Of a stretch of DNA of 32,000 bases, positions 26,790-32,000 are shown in pieces. Under the pieces are notes generated by a model, which did no database searches, was not told the origin of the DNA, and saw only the letters and a program-made list of their open reading frames with translations. Source of the stretch: Halogeometricum borinquense DSM 11551 (GTDB lineage: Archaea > Halobacteriota > Halobacteria > Halobacteriales > Haloferacaceae). Location: contig NC_014729.1 in assembly GCF_000172995.2 (NCBI RefSeq), forward strand, positions 2,400,001 through 2,432,000. Direction: 5' to 3'. Each line of letters begins with the position of its first letter. The stretch's first letter is position 1. The position numbers and the translations under genes are program-made.

Positions 26790-26850
26790 CACGCGCACGT
26801 CCGCTCGCACGCCCGCGCTGGCCGTCGATTCCCTCGGAATCGGCGCGAAA

Positions 26851-26860
26851 GGTTTAGGCC
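26851..26860 (+). promoter_or_regulatory. TATA-like element (GGTTTAGGCC) upstream of topA
   Basis: TTTAGG is centred about 28 nt before ATG 26884. Confidence 0.45.
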
Positions 26861-26883
26861 ACGCCCTCGCATATCGCCGCTCA

Positions 26884-29436
26884 ATGAGTAAGGGCCCCGA
26901 ACTCATCATCACGGAGAAGGACAACGCCGCTCGGCGTATCGCTGACATCCTGAGCGGCGAGTCCGCGGAGGCCGATCGGATCAACGGCGTGAACGTCTAC
27001 AAGTGGGGCGGAAAGCGCTGTATCGGTCTGTCGGGTCACGTCGTCGGCGTCGATTTCCCGCCGGAGTACAACGACTGGCGCGACGTCGAACCGGTCGAAC
27101 TCATCGACGCGCCCATCGACAAACACCCGACGCAAGAGAACATCGTCGCCGCGCTACGTCGCCTCGCACGCAACGCCCGCCGCGTCGTCATCGCCACTGA
27201 CTACGACCGCGAGGGCGAACTCATCGGGAAAGAGGCGTACGAACTCGTCCGCGACGTGAACGAGGACGTGCCCGTAGACCGCGTCCGCTTTTCCTCCATC
27301 ACCGACCGCGAGGTAACCGAAGCGTTCGACAACCCCGACGGACTCGACTTCAACCTCGCAGCGGCGGGCGAGGCGAGACAGATCGTAGACTTGGTGTGGG
27401 GTGCCGCACTCACGCGCTTTCTCTCTCTGTCGGCGCGGCAACTCGGCGACGACTTCATCTCCGTCGGTCGGGTGCAAGGTCCCACGCTGAAACTCATCGT
27501 AGACCGCGAACGCGAAATCGAGGCGTTCGATCCCGAGGACTACTGGGAACTGTTCGCTGACCTGCAGAAGGATTCGGAGTCGTTCGAGGCGCAGTACTTC
27601 TATCTCGACGAAGACGGCAACGAGGCCGAGCGCGTCTGGGACGGCGACGACGCCGAAGAAGCGTACGAGACGCTTCGCAACGTCGAGGCGGCCACTGTGG
27701 ACTCCGTTCGCCGCCGCACCCGGACGGACGACCCACCGGCCCCGTTCAACACGACGCAGTTCATCCGTGCAGCAGGGTCGCTCGGCTACTCTGCCCAGCG
27801 CGCGATGAGCATCGCCGAAGACCTCTACACGGCCGGGTATATCACGTATCCGCGGACGGACAACACCGTCTATCCGGAAGATTTGGACCCGCGAGAACTT
27901 CTCGATGCGTTCACCGCCAACCGGACGTTCGGCGACGACGCCCAGAACCTCCTCGAACAAGAGGAGATAGAACCCACCGCGGGCGACAACGAGACGACCG
28001 ACCACCCGCCCATCCATCCGACTGGCGAACTCCCCTCGCGGTCGGACCTCACGGAGGACGAGTGGGACGTGTACGAACTGGTCGTCCGGCGCTTCTTCGC
28101 TACTGTCGCAGAATCCGCAAAGTGGGAACACCTCCGCGTCGTCGCCGATGCGGGCGGGCTCTCCTTGAAGGCAAACGGCAAGCGACTGGTGAAAGCGGGC
28201 TACCACGAAGTGTACCCGTACTTCAACTCCTCAGAGTCGTTCGTCCCCGACGTAGCGGAGGGCGAATCGCTCGCCGTCACGGACACGGAGATTGAGGAAA
28301 AGCAGACCCAACCGCCCCGTCGCTACGGCCAGTCGCGCCTCATCGAGACGATGGAGAAGATGGGTATCGGGACGAAGGCGACGCGGCACGACGTGATTCA
28401 GAAACTCTACGACCGCAACTACATCGAGAGCGATCCGCCGCGACCGACGCGACTCGCCCGCGCCGTCGTCGAGGCGTCCGAGGAGTTCGCCGAACTCATC
28501 GTGAGCGAGGAGATGACCGCCCAGTTGGAGGCGGACATGCAGGCTATCGCCCGCGGCGACGCCTCTCTCGACGACGTGACTGCGGAGTCCAGAGAGATTC
28601 TCGAAGACGTGTTCGAGGGGCTGATGGAATCGGGCGACGAAGTGGGGAAACACCTCCAGAAGTCGCTGAAAGCGGACAAAACAGTGGGTGCGTGTCCGGA
28701 ATCCGATCACGACCTCGTGGTTCGGAAAAGCCGCCGCGGGTCCTACTTCATCGGCTGTGACGGGTACCCGGACTGCACCTACACGCTCCCGCTCCCCTCG
28801 ACTGGCAAACCGCTCATCATGGACGAGGAGTGTGACGAACACGGTCTGAGCCACGTGAAGATGCTCGCCGGCCGGAAGACGTTCGTCCACGGCTGTCCAC
28901 TCTGTAAGGCCGAAGAGGCCGACGCCGAGGAGGACTTGATCATCGGCGACTGTCCGGAATGTGGGGCGGGCGCGGAATCGGAGACGCCGCAAAACGGAGA
29001 CGGTGAAACCGACGGCGAACACGGCGAGTTGGCGATAAAGCGTCTCCGCTCCGGTTCTCGACTTGTCGGCTGTACCCGCTATCCCGACTGCGACTACTCG
29101 TTGCCCCTCCCGCGTCGCGGCGACATCGAGGTGACGGACGAGGAATGTGAGGAACACGACCTGCCGGAGATTCGAATCACCTACGACGACAGCGACCGGG
29201 AACCGTGGGACCTCGGCTGTCCTATCTGCAACTATCGTGCGTACCAAGCCGAACAGGCCGGCGGCGACGAACTCCAGAGCGTGAAGGGAATTGGCGAGAA
29301 GACCGCCGAGAAACTGAAAGCCGCCGGTATCGAGGACGTTCCCTCGCTGAAAGAGGCCGAACCGGATGCACTTGCGGACCTAGTGGACGGCGTTGGACCG
29401 GATACAGTTCGGAAGTGGCAGTCTGCGGCCGATTAA
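26884..29436 (+). CDS. topA: DNA topoisomerase I (type IA)
   Basis: 850 aa with a Toprim domain (LIITEKDNAARRIA, ATDYDREGE), active-site region GYITYPRTDN, several C4 zinc ribbons and a C-terminal HhH (KGIGEKTAEKL). Confidence 0.95.
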   Translation: MSKGPELIITEKDNAARRIADILSGESAEADRINGVNVYKWGGKRCIGLSGHVVGVDFPPEYNDWRDVEPVELIDAPIDKHPTQENIVAALRRLARNARRVVIATDYDREGELIGKEAYELVRDVNEDVPVDRVRFSSITDREVTEAFDNPDGLDFNLAAAGEARQIVDLVWGAALTRFLSLSARQLGDDFISVGRVQGPTLKLIVDREREIEAFDPEDYWELFADLQKDSESFEAQYFYLDEDGNEAERVWDGDDAEEAYETLRNVEAATVDSVRRRTRTDDPPAPFNTTQFIRAAGSLGYSAQRAMSIAEDLYTAGYITYPRTDNTVYPEDLDPRELLDAFTANRTFGDDAQNLLEQEEIEPTAGDNETTDHPPIHPTGELPSRSDLTEDEWDVYELVVRRFFATVAESAKWEHLRVVADAGGLSLKANGKRLVKAGYHEVYPYFNSSESFVPDVAEGESLAVTDTEIEEKQTQPPRRYGQSRLIETMEKMGIGTKATRHDVIQKLYDRNYIESDPPRPTRLARAVVEASEEFAELIVSEEMTAQLEADMQAIARGDASLDDVTAESREILEDVFEGLMESGDEVGKHLQKSLKADKTVGACPESDHDLVVRKSRRGSYFIGCDGYPDCTYTLPLPSTGKPLIMDEECDEHGLSHVKMLAGRKTFVHGCPLCKAEEADAEEDLIIGDCPECGAGAESETPQNGDGETDGEHGELAIKRLRSGSRLVGCTRYPDCDYSLPLPRRGDIEVTDEECEEHDLPEIRITYDDSDREPWDLGCPICNYRAYQAEQAGGDELQSVKGIGEKTAEKLKAAGIEDVPSLKEAEPDALADLVDGVGPDTVRKWQSAAD

Positions 29437-29632
29437 CTACTGCCATTTATCGTTCGAGAGAGCTTCGCTCCTCGGCCGAAAACCGCTCCGAGAGCGTACA
29501 GAGTAGTGCGCTCAGTAGAATGCGGGCCGCAATCGCTCGGCGGTTACTCCGTGTGAGTGTTGGAAACCAAAGAACCCCGATCTGGTCAGTAATCTGACTC
29601 CAAACGGTGCATAGACACTCCTCATCCGCGCC

Positions 29633-29640
29633 ATTTTTAT
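29633..29640 (+). promoter_or_regulatory. TATA-like element (ATTTTTAT) upstream of GGGP synthase
   Basis: Centred about 28 nt before ATG 29665. This supports that start over GTG 29650. Confidence 0.45.
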
Positions 29641-29664
29641 CACTCCCCGGTGGTAGTTCCGCCA

Positions 29665-30393
29665 ATGACCGGGCCTTGGACCGACTGGAACCACGTTCTC
29701 AAAGTGGACCCAGACAAAGACCTCATAGACGGCGAGACGTTCGAGGATGTCTGTCAAACCGGAACGGACGCCATCGAAATCGGCGGTACCCTCGACATCA
29801 CCGCGGACAAGATGCAACGGGTGGTGGACGCCTGTGCCGAGTACGACGTCCCGCTGTATCAGGAACCGTCGAACCCCGGCGTCGTCATAGACGACGACGC
29901 ACTGGATGGCTACCTCATCCCGACCGTTTTCAACGCGAAAGACGCCTTCTGGATCACGGGCGCGCACAAAGAGTGGGTCCGGATCGAGAACGGGATGGAC
30001 TGGGGACGCACGCACACTGAGGCGTACATCGTCCTCAATCCGGAGGCTTCCGTCGCCCAACTGACCGATGCCAACTGCGATCAGAGCGCAGACGATGTCG
30101 CCTCCTACGCTTCCGTCGCCGAACGAATGTTCGGACAAGAAATCGTCTACGTGGAATACTCGGGCATGTTCGGCGACACCGAGAAAGTGCAAGCCGCACA
30201 CGACGCGCTGGACGACGCCACGCTGTTCTACGGCGGCGGCATCCGCGACTACGACGCCGCCTACGAGATGGGCCAGCACACCGACGTGGTCGTTGTGGGT
30301 GACCTCCTCCACGACGAAGGCGTGGACGCGGTGCGAGAAACGGTCGAGGGCGCACGCGACGCGATGGAAGAGCGCGCCGAAGCCGAAGCGTAA
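29665..30393 (+). CDS. geranylgeranylglyceryl phosphate synthase (PcrB/GGGPS family)
   Basis: [23 protein letters not shown] and FYGGGI are GGGPS TIM-barrel motifs. Confidence 0.9.
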   Translation: MTGPWTDWNHVLKVDPDKDLIDGETFEDVCQTGTDAIEIGGTLDITADKMQRVVDACAEYDVPLYQEPSNPGVVIDDDALDGYLIPTVFNAKDAFWITGAHKEWVRIENGMDWGRTHTEAYIVLNPEASVAQLTDANCDQSADDVASYASVAERMFGQEIVYVEYSGMFGDTEKVQAAHDALDDATLFYGGGIRDYDAAYEMGQHTDVVVVGDLLHDEGVDAVRETVEGARDAMEERAEAEA

Positions 30394-30402
30394 GACCTGC
30401 AG

Positions 30403-30407
30403 TTTTT
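30403..30407 (+). terminator. T5 run downstream of GGGP synthase
   Basis: TTTTT lies 10 nt after the TAA stop at 30391-30393. Confidence 0.35.
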
Positions 30408-30458
30408 CGACTGTCTCACTTCTCCGACCTCGATTCGTTCGATGAGCGCAAGTACGAA

Positions 30459-31223
30459 TCACACCTCCGATAGGTGTTCCTCTGAGAGGCGTCCATCGGT
30501 GCCGACCGCATCGACGCCGTCAGCGGGAGCGGTGTCGGAAAGCGGGGACGCAAGGGGATCACCACCGTCTCTACTGACGACGCCCGCCAGTGCAGATGCC
30601 GCGACGACGAGGGCGACGAACGAGACAACCGCGCCGAGAGGTTCGCCGACGAACGGAATGACACCGAGTGCGAGCCGAGCAAAACGTGCGGCGACGCCGA
30701 CACCGAGGACGAGGCCGAATACGCGATGGAACCGGCGACGACGGGCGACCGCCACTACGTCCGTCAGGAGATGCCGGCCCATGGTATCGCTGGAGGCGAG
30801 TGCGACAAGCGTCGCTACCGAGAGAAATCCGCCGGCCAGTTCAAGAAACGCGACCGCGACGAGTGCGGCCACCGCGCCATAGTCCGGTGAGAACGCGTAG
30901 TGGCCGATGTACGCGAGCGACGACGCCCCGCGAAGCATCCGGTCGTAGCCGACGACGGTGATAATCGCCACTGCCGGGGCGTGAAGCGGTCCTGTGGTGA
31001 CAGCGACACGGAGTCCGTCGCGGAAGATCGAATGCCAACCATCGAACGCGGGAACACCATCGCCTCGCACCCGGTAGCGGATCGCGCGGACGGCGTACCC
31101 GAGAAGCAGAACGCCGACAACGGGGGCCGAAACAGTTGCGAGCGACAGAAGCGTTCCCACGACGAGCGTGTCAGTTCGGTCGCGGTCGAGCAGGTCGCGG
31201 AGATCAGCGAGCGCATCGAACAT
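30459..31223 (-). CDS. DUF4013-like polytopic membrane protein
   Basis: 254 aa with multiple TM helices. N-terminal pattern [11 protein letters not shown]...VPAFDGW...FRDGL resembles DUF4013 (from memory). Confidence 0.6.
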   Translation of the reverse strand: MFDALADLRDLLDRDRTDTLVVGTLLSLATVSAPVVGVLLLGYAVRAIRYRVRGDGVPAFDGWHSIFRDGLRVAVTTGPLHAPAVAIITVVGYDRMLRGASSLAYIGHYAFSPDYGAVAALVAVAFLELAGGFLSVATLVALASSDTMGRHLLTDVVAVARRRRFHRVFGLVLGVGVAARFARLALGVIPFVGEPLGAVVSFVALVVAASALAGVVSRDGGDPLASPLSDTAPADGVDAVGTDGRLSEEHLSEV

Positions 31224-31333
31224 CGGTGAGCCGTCTGGTCCCGTTCCGGTATGTAAACGTTCGTGCGGCCAAGACGAGAGCGTCTTCGAATCGAACGTGT
31301 GTTTCTACTCCGCACAGCGGTCCGAAACGACCG

Positions 31334-31341
31334 TTTTTAAG
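31334..31341 (+). promoter_or_regulatory. TATA-like element (TTTTTAAG) upstream of aspS
   Basis: Centred about 28 nt before ATG 31366. Confidence 0.5.
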
Positions 31342-31365
31342 ACCGGGCGGGCGGAATCACGCCAC

Positions 31366-32000
31366 ATGCAGAACCGAACTTACACGGCAGACGCCGAACC
31401 CGGCGACAGCGTCACCGTCGCGGGGTGGGTTCACGAGGTCCGTGACCTCGGAGGCATCGCCTTTCTCATCCTGCGAGACAAGAGCGGCAAGATTCAGATC
31501 AAACTCGAAAAAGACGAGATGGACGAAGAGCTCGTCGAGACGGGTCTCGACGTGGCCCGCGAGAGCGTCGTCTCCGTCTCCGGCGACGTAAAGGAGGAGC
31601 CGCGCGCCCCGACGGGCGTCGAAGTCGTCCCCGAGGACATCGACGTGATGGCCGAGGCCGACACGCAACTGCCTCTCGACCCGTCCGGAAAGGTTGACGC
31701 GGAACTCTCGACGCGCCTCGACAACCGGACGCTCGACCTCCGCAAGGACGAGGTGAAGGCCGTCTTCGAGATCCGCGCAGAAATTCTCCGCTCGGTCCGC
31801 GACGCCTTCCGTGGCCTCAACGCGACGGAGATCAACACGCCGAAAATCGTCGCTACCGGTACCGAGGGCGGCACAGAGCTGTTCCCAATCACGTACTTCG
31901 GCCAAGAGGCGTTCATGAACCAGTCGCCCCAGCTGTTCAAACAGCTCATGGTCGGCTCGGGTCTCGAACGCGTCTTCGAGGTCGGTCCGATTTTCCGCGC
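31366..32000 (+). CDS. aspS: aspartate--tRNA ligase (archaeal type), 3'-truncated by window edge; absent from the ORF track
   Basis: My translation is [45 protein letters not shown]...[38 protein letters not shown]...[11 protein letters not shown]. It shows an OB fold and class-II motif 1/2 region, with no stop before base 32000. Confidence 0.92.
   Translation, partial: MQNRTYTADAEPGDSVTVAGWVHEVRDLGGIAFLILRDKSGKIQIKLEKDEMDEELVETGLDVARESVVSVSGDVKEEPRAPTGVEVVPEDIDVMAEADTQLPLDPSGKVDAELSTRLDNRTLDLRKDEVKAVFEIRAEILRSVRDAFRGLNATEINTPKIVATGTEGGTELFPITYFGQEAFMNQSPQLFKQLMVGSGLERVFEVGPIFR

Noticed and set aside
26637-26984. 116-codon N-terminal extension of the MATE ORF. Similar extensions occur at 4794..4901, 9532..9696 and 11742..11825.
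   Set aside because: The extensions are Arg/Ser-rich and overlap neighbouring promoters or genes. The family-typical N-termini begin at the internal ATGs.
27154-29247. 350-aa and 338-aa ORFs antisense to topA.
   Set aside because: Shadow frames. topA on the plus strand is unambiguous.
29447-29665. 72-aa minus-strand ORF in the topA/GGGPS spacer.
   Set aside because: Its composition is poor, it overlaps the GGGPS promoter and start, and it has no TATA-like box at a suitable distance.
29512-30462. 316-aa ORF antisense to GGGP synthase.
   Set aside because: Val/His/Arg/Gly-rich with no motifs. The sense frame has all the GGGPS signatures and its own TATA box and T5 terminator.
1-32000. Search for CRISPR arrays, transposases/IS ends, toxin-antitoxin pairs, restriction-modification systems or other defence systems.
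   Set aside because: By eye I see no regularly spaced direct repeats. No ORF has nuclease, integrase, transposase or methylase motifs. Every sizeable ORF is accounted for by housekeeping or membrane functions.

Overview
GC-rich haloarchaeal (class Halobacteria) chromosomal segment. Supporting signs are very acidic proteins, a Tat lipoprotein, TATA-like elements about 27 nt upstream of many ATGs, and archaeal ribosomal and translation genes. I cannot assign a genus from the sequence alone. Almost all of the window is densely packed core housekeeping, in this order. pabB-pabA-pabC (pABA/folate) and a Rieske protein. An initiator tRNA-Met that is not in the ORF track. A GtrA / GT2 / YYY-domain membrane protein trio. 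The conserved archaeal rpl44e-rps27e-aIF2alpha-nop10-PAC2 cluster. A winged-helix regulator and a PhzF-like isomerase. A nucleotide-salvage neighbourhood (PRTase, HD hydrolase, MTA phosphorylase) with an AEC transporter. An orphan Tat-lipoprotein substrate-binding protein. An smc-scpA operon flanked by two uncharacterised genes. An alpha/beta hydrolase, gatB, a MATE exporter, topA, GGGP synthase and a DUF4013 membrane protein. The 5' part of aspS, which is open at the window end and absent from the ORF track. I see no CRISPR array, transposase, integrase, rRNA or recognisable defence island, and no compositional island of more than a few hundred bp. The large ORFs antisense to real genes are typical GC-rich shadow ORFs. 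The most system-like unexplained content is the Gtr-like three-component glycosylation module (3550-7348). Next are the two unannotated accessory genes bracketing smc-scpA. The rest are smaller items: two zinc-finger micro-proteins (one missing from the track), several perfect palindromes in promoter spacers, and a PRTase with a wHTH-like tail. None of these is proven novel. All need homology and synteny searches that I cannot run here.
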